A DNA stretch of 29,590 nt from Candidatus Hodarchaeum mangrovi (GCA_016839515.1 JAEOUE010000149.1:1-29590), one strand, 5' to 3'; numbered from the stretch's first letter, positions 1 through 9,936 are shown. The notes: generated by a model from the sequence alone, not told the origin. Made by a program: numbers and translations.

Positions 1-412
1 CTAATTCTAAAGGCTGAGGTTCTAGTGTTTTTTGTTCTTCTTGTAATTTGACCATTACTGTTTGAAGAGAATCGATACTTCTCTTCTTTTCTTGTTCATC
101 AATAAGACCAATCTCAACTTTTTTATCCAATTCATCAATTTCATTTAACAGCTGTTTAAGCTCTGATTTTATCTGTTTCTTTCTTTTTCGAGCATATAAA
201 CTATTAAGAATTGCTTCTGGTATATTTTCCGCTTCTTCTCTCGTAGGTGGACTGAATGTAATGGGTGTGGATGAAGCTTCACGTTGTGGAGTTAACTCTG
301 TAGGAGATGAATAGCTTTGAGTCTTCCTTGCAGGAGTTCCACAAAAACGACAAAAGCGAGCTGTTGCAGTAATTTCTTTTCCACAATTTGTGCAATAAGT
401 GGTTTGAGACAT
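1..412 (-). CDS. Zinc-ribbon + coiled-coil protein (5' part; runs off the window edge)
   Basis: Not in the ORF track; translated by hand from ATG at 412: MSQTTYCTNCGKEITATARFCRFCGTP (CxxC-x10-CxxC ribbon), a Ser/Pro/Thr linker, then a charged helical region (KQIKSELKQLLNEIDELDKKVEIGLIDEQEKK). Open to position 1. Confidence 0.85.
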   Translation of the reverse strand, partial: MSQTTYCTNCGKEITATARFCRFCGTPARKTQSYSSPTELTPQREASSTPITFSPPTREEAENIPEAILNSLYARKRKKQIKSELKQLLNEIDELDKKVEIGLIDEQEKKRSIDSLQTVMVKLQEEQKTLEPQPLEL

Positions 413-610
413 TCTGGAATCCTTCTTTAATTTGGTTACATCTAATTAGAAGTTGTTTTTTAAAGACTTCATTCAGGTATAATTCCTTTTAAAAGAGTCA
501 CTTAAACAATATAAAAGAAAGAAAAATAATATCATTTTTGTAAATAATTAATTTTGTTTAATAAATTTGTAGATATTATTCATATTATAAAATTTGTTAA
601 AAACAAAGAG

Positions 611-685
611 TGGACCGAGTGGGATTTGAACCCACGACCTCCTCCATGCCAAGGAGGCGCTACTACCAAGCTGAGCTATCGGCCC
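611..685 (-). tRNA. tRNA-Ala(GGC)
   Basis: Minus strand GGGCCGA...TCGGTCC-A acceptor stem with the G3:U70 Ala identity pair; anticodon arm CCTCC-TTGGCAT-GGAGG; T arm GTGGG-TTCAAAT-CCCAC. No intron; CCA not encoded. Confidence 0.97.
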
Positions 686-925
686 GATGGAAATAATACC
701 TATTGAGATGATTAATAGATGATATTTTATTCTTTTTGATTTAATTTTCCTTTTTATTACGTTACAAAAATCTATACTGATGATCTATCAATACCCCCCC
801 AAAAACCTTTATGATATGTACGATTATTTTGACTCAGTTTTTCTTATGACAAGTCAAAGCCGTAGAAAAATAGAATTATCAATGATTGTTTTCCTAAGTT
901 TATCAAAACTGGATGGAATATCATT

Positions 926-1492
926 ATGATGACTGAAATTCGGATTGTGAGCAGGGGAGGTCAAGGTGGGGTTACTGGTGCCAAAATTCTCGCGTATGCG
1001 GGGCATATTGATGGTAAATTCGTTCAAGCAATACCTAAATACGGAGCAGAACGAAAAGGGGCCCCAATTTACGCGGATGTTAGAATAGCAGATGAACATG
1101 TCAAAACTCATGCACCTGTTATTGCATCCAATACGCACAGTTGGATAGTCCTTGAACCATCATTGATTGGGTCTCTTCCCTTTAATCAGCTTAGAGAAGG
1201 TACAATCATAATTATTAATGCACAAGAGGTACCTCCAGCTTTAAGAAATCGCCCTAATCTTAAAATTGGACTAGTAGATGCAATGAAAATTGCAGAGGAA
1301 TGTGGATTAGTGAAGTCTGGTACTTTTCTAGTGAGTACAACTATGCTGGGTGCATGGATTAAAGCTACTAAATTAATTACTCTTGATGCCTTAAAAAAAG
1401 CCATTAAACATCAATTTGGGGAGGGCGGGCTAACAGAGGCAAATATCAAATCTATTGAGTTAGCTTATGATCAATTTGAATATAAAAATTAA
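926..1492 (+). CDS. porC: 2-oxoacid (pyruvate/2-ketoisovalerate):ferredoxin oxidoreductase gamma subunit
   Basis: EIRIVSRGGQGGVT and PKYGAERKGAP motifs; first gene of a gamma-delta-alpha-beta operon. Confidence 0.93.
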   Translation: MMTEIRIVSRGGQGGVTGAKILAYAGHIDGKFVQAIPKYGAERKGAPIYADVRIADEHVKTHAPVIASNTHSWIVLEPSLIGSLPFNQLREGTIIIINAQEVPPALRNRPNLKIGLVDAMKIAEECGLVKSGTFLVSTTMLGAWIKATKLITLDALKKAIKHQFGEGGLTEANIKSIELAYDQFEYKN

Positions 1493-1507
1493 GAAGGTGT
1501 CAATTCG

Positions 1508-1783
1508 ATGGATGAAGAAACAAGCCTTAAAGATCCTGTACTCCCTTTAGGTAGACCAATAATTGGATCAGCTGGAGAAACAGGTGATTGGAGAACCAAA
1601 AAGCCAGTTCTTATTGAAGAAAAATGCATTAAATGTTATCAATGTTGGATATCTTGTCCAGAAGGAACAATTCGGGTGGATGGAAAGGATCAATATCCCT
1701 ATGTTGATTACGTTTATTGTAAAGGGTGTGGAATTTGTGTTCATGTCTGTCCAAAGGATGCATTAAACATGGAACCAGAATAG
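1508..1783 (+). CDS. porD: 2-oxoacid:ferredoxin oxidoreductase delta subunit (2x[4Fe-4S])
   Basis: TGDWRT.KP motif; CIKCYQCWISCP and DYVYCKGCGICVHVCP ferredoxin motifs. Confidence 0.95.
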   Translation: MDEETSLKDPVLPLGRPIIGSAGETGDWRTKKPVLIEEKCIKCYQCWISCPEGTIRVDGKDQYPYVDYVYCKGCGICVHVCPKDALNMEPE

Positions 1784-1793
1784 GTGAGGAAGA

Positions 1794-2936
1794 ATGGTAC
1801 AAACATATAAAAAATCAGATATAGAATTATTAACAGGAAATAAGGCGGTTGCCACTGCTGTAAAACTAGCTCGTCCACAGGTGATAGCTGCTTATCCCAT
1901 AACACCTCAAACTGAGATTGTTGAAAGCCTTTCCTCAATGGTTGCGAGGGGAGAATTAGATGCGGAGTTCATTGCGGTTGAAAGTGAACATAGTGCGATG
2001 GGAGCAGCTATTGGAGCTTCACTGGGAGGAGTTCGGACTTTCACAGCCACCAGTTCCCATGGGTTACTGTATATGGGAGAACTTGTATTTTGGGCTGGAA
2101 TGACACGGGTCCCAATCGTAATGCCCGTTGTGAATCGATCACTCAACCCTTGGAATATTTGGCCAGATCATCAAGATTCAATGGCCTTTAGGGATGCTGG
2201 TTGGATTCAATTCTATGCTAAAAATAATCAAGAAGTCCTAGATTTAACTCTGTGTGCCTTTAAAATTGCAGAACATCACAAAATTTGGATGCCTGTAATG
2301 GTGTGTCTAGATGGATTCATTCTCAGTCATACTTCAGCTCAAGTTAAAGTTCCAGATCAATCAGAGGTTGATAAGTTTCTTCCCAAGTTCAACCCATTAA
2401 TAATGTTAGATCCCGATGATCCTTTTGCTCATGGTTCTCTTACTGATTCTAAAGGAATATGGGAACAAAGAATGTCATTAATTGATGGATTTAATAATGC
2501 AAGAGTAATTATTCCCAAAGTCTTTCGTGAATTTACAGAAATGTTTGGACGTCTTGGGGATTATATGATAGAGGTAACTGGAGATCTTAACAAGGCTGAT
2601 ATCGCTGTTTTTGCTTTAGGAACAATGGGTGAAGAAGCAGAAATGTCATTGGATATCCTAGGAGAAAAAGGAATAAGGAGTGTAATAGTAAGACCCCGTG
2701 TTTTTCGTCCATTTCCACGTGAGGAATTAATTCAAATCTTGAAAAAAGTGTCCAAAGTTCTTGTTATCGACAGATCAGTATCTTTTGGAAATGCAGGACC
2801 ACTAGCTATTGAGATACAAGCAGAGTTATTTGCAAATAAATTAGATATTGAATTTCATCAAAAAATTATGGGTCTTGGTGGAATGGATGTCACATATGTC
2901 AATATTGCAGAAGAAGTAGAAAAAATTATGAAATAG
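1794..2936 (+). CDS. porA: 2-oxoacid:ferredoxin oxidoreductase alpha subunit
   Basis: AYPITPQT, ESEHSA, FTATSS and DGFILSH motifs; SD-like GTGAGG upstream. Confidence 0.95.
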   Translation: MVQTYKKSDIELLTGNKAVATAVKLARPQVIAAYPITPQTEIVESLSSMVARGELDAEFIAVESEHSAMGAAIGASLGGVRTFTATSSHGLLYMGELVFWAGMTRVPIVMPVVNRSLNPWNIWPDHQDSMAFRDAGWIQFYAKNNQEVLDLTLCAFKIAEHHKIWMPVMVCLDGFILSHTSAQVKVPDQSEVDKFLPKFNPLIMLDPDDPFAHGSLTDSKGIWEQRMSLIDGFNNARVIIPKVFREFTEMFGRLGDYMIEVTGDLNKADIAVFALGTMGEEAEMSLDILGEKGIRSVIVRPRVFRPFPREELIQILKKVSKVLVIDRSVSFGNAGPLAIEIQAELFANKLDIEFHQKIMGLGGMDVTYVNIAEEVEKIMK

Positions 2937-2950
2937 AGGAGAATGATAAA

Positions 2951-3838
2951 ATGAGTATTAAAATTGAAGATATGCTTGACCGTCCTGATGTTTTACTCAG
3001 AGGAAATTTCGCCTGTGCAGGATGTGGTTTATCGATTGCTTATAGATCCGTTATTTCTGCATTAGAACGACCAATTGTTGTCATTCCTGCTTGTTGTGCC
3101 TCCGTAATTCAAAGTCTTCATCCTAATGTTACTTATAATGTTCCAACACTAAATATTGCATTTGCTGCTCATGCTAGTGCTGCCTCTGGGATTTCGCGAG
3201 CAAAGAAAAAAAGAAATGAAAAAGTAACAACTGTTGTTTGGTCAGGTGATGGGGGAACTTATGATATTGGACTTGCTACATGGTCTGGTGCTGCTGAAAG
3301 GAATGAAAATATCCTGCATTGTTGTTATGATAATGGTTTTTACTCAAATACAGGTGCTCAACGAAGTGGAGCGACTCCTCGCGGAGCAGTTACAACAACT
3401 ACACCTTTCGGTAAACAAGAAAAACGTAAAAGTGTTGCAAGGATTATGGCTGCTCATGATATTCCTTATATCGCTACAGCTTCAGTTGGTTATCTAAGAG
3501 ACTTATATACCAAAGCTCAAAAAGCAAGCCAGATTAGGGGTTACCGGTTCATTCTGATTGATGCCCCATGTCCAACTGGGTGGAATTCAGATCCTGCTAT
3601 TACACCTGAACTTGGAGAATTGGCTGTTAAAACGGGATATTTTCCCCTTTATGAAATTGAAAATGGGAAATTAACTTTCAGTAAACGAGGAGAAAAATAT
3701 CGTGATCCCAATAAGAGGATTCCAATTGATGAATATCTGAAAAGACAAGGTCGATTCAAAAGCATGTCTCCCCAACAGATTGACACTTTAAAAAGTGATA
3801 TTCAATATGAATGGGAAAGATTAAGTCGATTGGAATAA
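2951..3838 (+). CDS. porB: 2-oxoacid:ferredoxin oxidoreductase beta subunit (TPP-binding)
   Basis: ACAGCG; GDGG..DIG...DNG.YSNTGAQRS TPP-binding motif; PCPTGW. Confidence 0.95.
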   Translation: MSIKIEDMLDRPDVLLRGNFACAGCGLSIAYRSVISALERPIVVIPACCASVIQSLHPNVTYNVPTLNIAFAAHASAASGISRAKKKRNEKVTTVVWSGDGGTYDIGLATWSGAAERNENILHCCYDNGFYSNTGAQRSGATPRGAVTTTTPFGKQEKRKSVARIMAAHDIPYIATASVGYLRDLYTKAQKASQIRGYRFILIDAPCPTGWNSDPAITPELGELAVKTGYFPLYEIENGKLTFSKRGEKYRDPNKRIPIDEYLKRQGRFKSMSPQQIDTLKSDIQYEWERLSRLE

Positions 3839-3927
3839 TAAAAATCCTCTTTCAGGAAAAAAATGTGTAATATCATATTTGATATTTATTCAACATAAAA
3901 ATACCTTATTTAAGGTGAACTAATAAA

Positions 3928-5541
3928 TTATAATATGTTTTTAGCCATATATGGATTCCTGAAAACATACCCGAACTTTCGATAATAATCTCGAACTCCT
4001 AATCCTGAGGTAACAAAAATTCTAGAATAACCATTCTCTCTTGTTATTTCTTCTGCTAATTCAATCAATTTTTTTCCAATTCCACGGTGTTGCCATTCAA
4101 ATCGTTTTGGTAATTTTCCCAACTTAACGAGTTTTCCATATACATGTAACTCCCGAATAATTGTTGAAGGCTTTTCTTTAAGAATTGGATGAAAAAGTTT
4201 AGAAGAAGGTTCTCTTAATCGAAGAAAACCAAAAATTGTCATTCGATCTTCGGTTTCAAAGGAAATAAAATGTTCAATGCCTTCTGAAGCGGGATAGCTT
4301 TCAATATAATAATTCAAATCTTGTTGAACCCAAGAATTATCTTTTAAGTTTATTTTATGTCCTATTTCTCTGCATCGAATACATTTACACGTTTTATTTT
4401 GAGCATGGAGTCTTTCTTTTGCTAATTCTCTTAAATTTCCTGAATTTATTCCGTCAATTATTAGATAAGCAGGAATATCTCGTTGAACACGTTGGATTCT
4501 GATAAATGGAGGTGTAATAGCTTTGATTTGTGCGATAACCTCGATAACTTCCTCTGAGCTGTATGGTTGATACTCTTTGCTTTTCCACATATTAAAAAGG
4601 GGTGTATTTGGTAAAACAAGTGTTGGATAAATTTTTAATGCATCTGGAACGAATTTAGGATTGGTAAAGAGGGTTTTGAACATTCTTATATCATCATTTG
4701 GGGTTTGAAATAAATTGGGCATCATATGTACCGTAACCTTGAGTCCCCCATCCCTTGAATATCGAATAGCATTAATGACATCATCAATTGAATGATGTCT
4801 TTGAACTCTTTTTAGAACACTTTCTGATAGAGTTTGAACTCCAATCTCAACCCAAGTACCTCCATATTCTAGTATTTGATTAACATGTGCCTCTTTACAA
4901 TAATCAGGACGAGTTTCAAAAGTAATTCCAACATTTCTATTCAAACTTGCTTGAGCATAGATTTTTGCTTCATTTAGATTTGGCGATTTTTGGCCGGTTA
5001 CTCCATCCAAGCATTCTTTTATGAAATATTCTTGATAATCTTTCGTATTAGCAAGAAATGTTCCTCCCATAATAACAAGATGAATTTTGTCAATTGGATG
5101 ACCTATACTACTCAATTGCTCCAAACGGGCAACAACTTGACTTTTTGGATCAAATTGGTTTTGAAGCCCTCTCATTGCAGCAGGTTCCCGTCCTGTGTAA
5201 GATTTGGGAGCCCCAATCACATCAGGACAATAAATACATTTTCCTGGACAAGGAGAAGGTTTAGTCATTACTGCAACTACAGCAATTCCACTTAAAGTCC
5301 TAACTCGACGAACTTGAAGAAATTGGATAAGAAATTCTCTGTCACCTTCCGATAATTCATTAGATGAAGTTAAAAATTCAAGAATTTCAGAATTTCTTAC
5401 AAATCTATTTAACTGATATTTTTTAGCTATTTCTCTTTTTAATGTTTCAAGTTTTGATCGTGAAATTTGAGTTTCACCTAAAATTATATGAACTATTTCA
5501 CCTAGTGCTTGATTTAGTGGTTTATTAATGGGATTTTCCAC
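3928..5541 (-). CDS. elp3: Elp3 tRNA U34 carboxymethylation enzyme (radical SAM + GNAT)
   Basis: RTLSGIAVVAVMTKP.PCPGKCIYCP, PKSYTGREPAAMRG, MGGTF, ETRPD, CKCIRCREIG, IRELHVYG, QHRGIG; GTG start. Confidence 0.97.
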   Translation of the reverse strand: MENPINKPLNQALGEIVHIILGETQISRSKLETLKREIAKKYQLNRFVRNSEILEFLTSSNELSEGDREFLIQFLQVRRVRTLSGIAVVAVMTKPSPCPGKCIYCPDVIGAPKSYTGREPAAMRGLQNQFDPKSQVVARLEQLSSIGHPIDKIHLVIMGGTFLANTKDYQEYFIKECLDGVTGQKSPNLNEAKIYAQASLNRNVGITFETRPDYCKEAHVNQILEYGGTWVEIGVQTLSESVLKRVQRHHSIDDVINAIRYSRDGGLKVTVHMMPNLFQTPNDDIRMFKTLFTNPKFVPDALKIYPTLVLPNTPLFNMWKSKEYQPYSSEEVIEVIAQIKAITPPFIRIQRVQRDIPAYLIIDGINSGNLRELAKERLHAQNKTCKCIRCREIGHKINLKDNSWVQQDLNYYIESYPASEGIEHFISFETEDRMTIFGFLRLREPSSKLFHPILKEKPSTIIRELHVYGKLVKLGKLPKRFEWQHRGIGKKLIELAEEITRENGYSRIFVTSGLGVRDYYRKFGYVFRNPYMAKNIL

Positions 5542-5559
5542 TCTAAAGAACTCCGACGA

Positions 5560-6594
5560 TCAAATTCCAGAAAAGAATGGTATTGAGAATAATAATACAA
5601 TTATAGCAATCAATGTATGGATTAATAGAATAATCAAAACATTTTGTTTTTCAGTTACTCTTCTAAAATAAGGAATGAACCAATAAACTGTATAAGGGCA
5701 TGGTGCTAGAATATATCCATCCTGATCAACACTAGCAATTTTCACAGTTTGATGGGTATATAAATAGAGTAAAAATAGCATAAAGTTAATAAAATGAATC
5801 CCAAACAGGCCTATAGCTAAACGATCCATGTTTCCAATTATAAGAGCTGTTATGATTCCTGTTCCTAATGTTAAAGTTCCTGTATCTCCAATAAGGATTT
5901 TAGCAGGATACCAATTATATTTAAGGAGAATTAAAGATCCTCCAAGAAGTGATGTTACAAATAAGGTAATTATTCCACTCGTATCAATAAAAAGTGACAG
6001 TAAAAGGATAATACTTAATGATATAACACCATTCCCTGCTTCTAACCCATTAAACCCTGCTAGCATATTAAAGGAATTAAAAGCAAAATTAATAGCTAGG
6101 GGAATAATAACTAACGAATAAAGATTAATGTAACCAATTATTGGTAATTCTATTAGATGTCCAAGATCAAGTACTCCTAAAATACCCAGATCAATGTTAC
6201 TCTTTCCTACTTTTAGTGCCATTAGTGGAATTGCAGGAAGAAAACCTAATAGAATTTTATCTCTCCAACGAATTTTGAACACATCATCAAGAAATCCAAT
6301 TAATCCTGCAATAACAATACTAAGTAATCCTGCAAGAAGCGTTTCAAAATCCTGTGTATTAGGATTGGTTAGTTCCCATATAAATATTATAATCAGAATG
6401 GTAAATATAAAACTAATAAGACTTGCTAAGCCTCCAGGTTCAGCTATTCTAGGTTTATCTGGTTTATGTGCATCAATTGTTGTTATTCCGCTCCTTAATG
6501 ATGATCTAATAACCCAAGGCATTAATGAACGAGTAATAATCGCTGAAATACTTAAAGCAAGAAACCCAATTAACAGGATTTGAATGGAAACCAT
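5560..6594 (-). CDS. aglH: UDP-GlcNAc:dolichyl-phosphate GlcNAc-1-phosphotransferase (AglH/Alg7/DPAGT1-like, MraY superfamily)
   Basis: Polytopic membrane protein with GFLDD, NSFNMLAGFNGLEAG and YNWYPAKILIGDTG motifs typical of the GPT/AglH branch. Confidence 0.85.
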   Translation of the reverse strand: MVSIQILLIGFLALSISAIITRSLMPWVIRSSLRSGITTIDAHKPDKPRIAEPGGLASLISFIFTILIIIFIWELTNPNTQDFETLLAGLLSIVIAGLIGFLDDVFKIRWRDKILLGFLPAIPLMALKVGKSNIDLGILGVLDLGHLIELPIIGYINLYSLVIIPLAINFAFNSFNMLAGFNGLEAGNGVISLSIILLLSLFIDTSGIITLFVTSLLGGSLILLKYNWYPAKILIGDTGTLTLGTGIITALIIGNMDRLAIGLFGIHFINFMLFLLYLYTHQTVKIASVDQDGYILAPCPYTVYWFIPYFRRVTEKQNVLIILLIHTLIAIIVLLFSIPFFSGI

Positions 6595-6728
6595 TAATTT
6601 TACACCAAACTATAGATCTACTGTCTATTTTCACAAAATTGAAAATGCATTTTAAGCATATAACTAATGTCCAAACAATAATTTTCATTCTATTAACATG
6701 AGCTATTAATTCTCGTGGAGTTAATTTT

Positions 6729-7742
6729 ATGCGTTGTATAATTCCTGCAGCTGGAAAAGGAACTAGGTTACGTCCTCACACCCATACAAAACCTAAAGCA
6801 CTTCTTTCTCTATCTAATAAACCGCTTATCTCACATATTCTAGATAGTGTTATAGAAGCTGGTATAACTGAGATTATAATAATAGTTGGATATGAAAAAG
6901 AGAAATTAATGGAATATATTAAATTGCATCATAGCCAAGGTTGTGATCTTGTTTTTATAGAACAAAAAGAAAGGAAGGGGCTAGGACACGCAATTTACAC
7001 AGCTTTAGAGTATCTTGATGGGGAACCTATCTTAATTGCTTTAGGTGATAGTTTATATGAGAATTCATTTAGTCAAATGATCCAAGAATTTAATAAATAT
7101 CCAAAATGGGATGGAGCAATAACCATTAAAGAGGTAAATAATCCACAATCTTATGGTAATGTCATTACTGAAGAAGATTCAATGATAATAAAGGAGCTAG
7201 AAGAAAAACCAAAGAATCCCAGATCTTTAAAAGCCATCACAGGTATTTATATAATCAGAAACTCTTTAAAATTAAATTATGCTTTATCAGAGCTAGTAAA
7301 ACGTAACCAATTAGGTTCAGGTGGTGAAATTCAACTCACTGATGCCTTGCAATTGATTATTGAAGAGGGTGGTGTTTTAGGAACCATTGACTCAGGAAAA
7401 TGGTTCGATTGTGGAAAAAAAGCAGCTCTCCTCTTAGCTAATGAATATGTTTTAAGTAAAAAAGACCAACCAAGTATAAAATCCAAGCTAAATAATAGTA
7501 TAATTATTCCTCCTGTAGCAATAGCAGAAAATTGCATTATTTTAAATTCTATAATTGGTCCTTACGTCAGTATAGACAAGGGTACTCATATCGAAAGATC
7601 TATAATTTCCTCCTCAATTATTGGGGCTCATACGGTAATTAAAAATGCTAGCATACACGAATCCCTTATCGGAGATGAAGTTGAATTGAAAGGTGGATTT
7701 AGTGATTTAGATATCGGGGATCATTCTAAAATTCAAACTTGA
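6729..7742 (+). CDS. Sugar-1-phosphate nucleotidyltransferase (glucose-1-phosphate thymidylyltransferase-like, with C-terminal beta-helix)
   Basis: IIPAAGKGTRLRPHT..KPK, GLGHA, LGD, EEKP, GEIQLTDA, WFDCG; hexapeptide-like C-terminus. Confidence 0.9.
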   Translation: MRCIIPAAGKGTRLRPHTHTKPKALLSLSNKPLISHILDSVIEAGITEIIIIVGYEKEKLMEYIKLHHSQGCDLVFIEQKERKGLGHAIYTALEYLDGEPILIALGDSLYENSFSQMIQEFNKYPKWDGAITIKEVNNPQSYGNVITEEDSMIIKELEEKPKNPRSLKAITGIYIIRNSLKLNYALSELVKRNQLGSGGEIQLTDALQLIIEEGGVLGTIDSGKWFDCGKKAALLLANEYVLSKKDQPSIKSKLNNSIIIPPVAIAENCIILNSIIGPYVSIDKGTHIERSIISSSIIGAHTVIKNASIHESLIGDEVELKGGFSDLDIGDHSKIQT

Positions 7743-7764
7743 TGATATAATAGTGATGATTTAG

Positions 7765-8064
7765 ATGGAAAATTCAGATATTAAGAGATTTCAACAGTTA
7801 ATGGAAGAACTATATGGTATTCGTGATAAAAGAAGGGGTATTGAAAAAACCTTATTATGGCTTTTAACAGAGGTTGGGGAGCTTATGAAAGCCTATTTAA
7901 AAGATGATATTACAGAAATGAAAGGAGAAGTAGCAGATATTTTTGCTTGGTTAAGTTCTACCTGCAATTTATTAAAAATCGATCTTGCAGAAGTTTCTTG
8001 GGAAAAATATCCATTAAATTGCCCCAAATGTTGTAATAATCCTTGTAATTGTCCTGAATTATAA
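7765..8064 (+). CDS. MazG-like nucleotide pyrophosphohydrolase
   Basis: EVGEL...EVADIFAWL motif; C-terminal KYP..CPKC...PCNC. Confidence 0.88.
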   Translation: MENSDIKRFQQLMEELYGIRDKRRGIEKTLLWLLTEVGELMKAYLKDDITEMKGEVADIFAWLSSTCNLLKIDLAEVSWEKYPLNCPKCCNNPCNCPEL

Positions 8065-8075
8065 TTTTTATTGGA

Positions 8076-8798
8076 TTATTTTTCATACTCTTTTTTCTTT
8101 ATATCATAATCTATTCTTCTCATAAAAATTTTTGCTGGAGACCCCTTTATCACAACATTGTCAGGAACATCAGTTGTCACCAAGCTTCCTGCTGCGATTA
8201 TTGATCCAGTTCCTATAGTAATACCAGGTAATATAATAGATCCTATTCCAATTATAACATTATCTTTGACTTTAACTCCAGTTAATTTACTACTAACGGG
8301 GTAAGTATCATTTGCAAATCGAACACTTGGTCCTAGGAATACATTATCACCAATCTCAATTTTAGGTGGAATGAAATTCAGAGATTGAATTCTAGCTTTT
8401 TTTCCAATTCTTACACCTCCGTCGAGGACTGAACCACTTCCGATTATGCTCCCTTCTCCAATAACACAGTCTTCTCTTATTATGACATTGGTACCTGTTT
8501 CAACATTATTTTCAAGAATCGTACGTTCGTATATCGTGGTATATGGACGTATATGATTATAATCGCCGAGAGAAGAACCTGAAGAAATACTATCAAAATC
8601 CTCTTCTAGCTTTTTTTGATTTTTATTTTTAACCATAATCTCCTTTGTTTTTGATCGTACGGGATACCCAATAATACTATAGGAATCTATAATTGAATTA
8701 GTACCTATATAGCTATTACCATAAATTAATGTATTTAAAGCTATTTTTGAGCTTTTTATATCTGCTTTCTTTGAAATAAAACCAGGTTTAATCATCAA
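8076..8798 (-). CDS. Hexapeptide-repeat (left-handed beta-helix) acyltransferase, probable sugar N-acetyltransferase
   Basis: Repeated [IV]G..S.[IV] hexapeptides; VFLGPSVRFANDTYP; ILPGITIG..SIIAAGSLVTTDVP...GSPA. Confidence 0.88.
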   Translation of the reverse strand: MMIKPGFISKKADIKSSKIALNTLIYGNSYIGTNSIIDSYSIIGYPVRSKTKEIMVKNKNQKKLEEDFDSISSGSSLGDYNHIRPYTTIYERTILENNVETGTNVIIREDCVIGEGSIIGSGSVLDGGVRIGKKARIQSLNFIPPKIEIGDNVFLGPSVRFANDTYPVSSKLTGVKVKDNVIIGIGSIILPGITIGTGSIIAAGSLVTTDVPDNVVIKGSPAKIFMRRIDYDIKKKEYEK

Positions 8799-8819
8799 AA
8801 ATATCTCCTAATGATTTGA

Positions 8820-9035
8820 TTAGTTTAAAGATGTTTCTATAGTATCAGAGGGCAAATATAGGGAAACAATAAATGTTATTATACAAATTAGAAGGTAAAT
8901 AAGTAGTTCATTTCCCTGAAGTAAATTTATAGGTAACAATGGTGAGAATATGAGCAAAACAAAAAAAATTAAGAAAGCTGCCAGAACCGAAATTATCACA
9001 TTACGGATTATCATTTTTAAATTCATATAAATCAC
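8820..9035 (-). CDS. Small membrane protein (two TM helices), hypothetical
   Basis: Two hydrophobic stretches; fills the gap between nadC and the acyltransferase on the same strand. Confidence 0.6.
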   Translation of the reverse strand: MIYMNLKMIIRNVIISVLAAFLIFFVLLIFSPLLPINLLQGNELLIYLLICIITFIVSLYLPSDTIETSLN

Positions 9036-9054
9036 TTTTTTTTATGTATAATAT

Positions 9055-9915
9055 CTATTCAGGAATAATTTTCAAAGAAAAATCAATTGACTTTACAGAA
9101 TGAGTTAATGAACCAATAGAAATTATGTCTATCCCATTAATTAAGTAGTTTTTAAGATTTTTATCTGAAATTCCTCCGCTTACTTCAATTAGAGGACGAG
9201 ACTCTATTGAAAGTTTTTCTAAACTTTTTAAGGCTTTCTGGATCATTTCAATAGAAAAATCATCAAGCATGATAATATCTGGCTTATAAGCCAATGCAAT
9301 TTGAAATTCTTTGAGATTTTCAACTTCAATTTCAATTTTTTTTGAAAAAGAGGTTTTTTCAAAAGCTATACGTAAAATATTATCAATATTTACATCTTTT
9401 GAAATCTTTAAATGATTTTCTTTGATCAAAACAGTATCAGAAAGATTCATTCGGTGAGTATCACCTCCTCCTATTTCCACGGCATATTTTTCAAAAAATC
9501 TAAAACCAGGAGTGGTTTTTCGTGTTGCCGCAATTTTAATGTTCAACCCTGCATCTTTAACCAACTTCACAAGGCTTTGTGTATAAGTTGTTATCCCTGA
9601 TAATCTCATTAGTAGATTTAATGCTGTTCGTTCGATTAAAAGGATATCACGACTTAACCCTCTCATTTCTAAAACTGTATCACCTTTATTAATTGGTGTT
9701 CCATCTAAATATTTTGAATGAGTTTGAATATGAAATAGCTGACAAAGTATTTCACAAAATTCAATACCAGAGAGAATAGCTGCCTCTTTTGCAGTAATAT
9801 GAGCTTTAATATGTTTATTTGGAATTAGATGACTAGTAACATCTCCAAAAGCCGCATCTTCTTCAATTAAAGCGATTAATTTCTTTTCTAATAGTTTTTG
9901 TGGCAAATAGCCCAT
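9055..9915 (-). CDS. nadC: Quinolinate phosphoribosyltransferase (nicotinate-nucleotide pyrophosphorylase)
   Basis: GDVTS, ERTALN, TRKTTPG, HRMNLSD..LIKENH, IEIEVE, IMLD, EVSGGI, SIGSLTHS. Confidence 0.97.
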   Translation of the reverse strand: MGYLPQKLLEKKLIALIEEDAAFGDVTSHLIPNKHIKAHITAKEAAILSGIEFCEILCQLFHIQTHSKYLDGTPINKGDTVLEMRGLSRDILLIERTALNLLMRLSGITTYTQSLVKLVKDAGLNIKIAATRKTTPGFRFFEKYAVEIGGGDTHRMNLSDTVLIKENHLKISKDVNIDNILRIAFEKTSFSKKIEIEVENLKEFQIALAYKPDIIMLDDFSIEMIQKALKSLEKLSIESRPLIEVSGGISDKNLKNYLINGIDIISIGSLTHSVKSIDFSLKIIPE

Positions 9916-9936
9916 TTAAAATCCACTCTTAGCTTT

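Noticed and set aside
611-700. Integrated element at the tRNA
   Set aside because: No integrase and no duplicated tRNA 3' end found in the window.
786-810. C7 run as an origin recognition box G-string
   Set aside because: Single copy, no flanking ORB consensus, and no cdc6/orc1 gene nearby.
3839-3870. Hairpin terminator between porB and elp3
   Set aside because: Only a 4-bp stem (tcct/agga) in AT-rich DNA; the A/T runs may act as terminators but cannot be distinguished from background.
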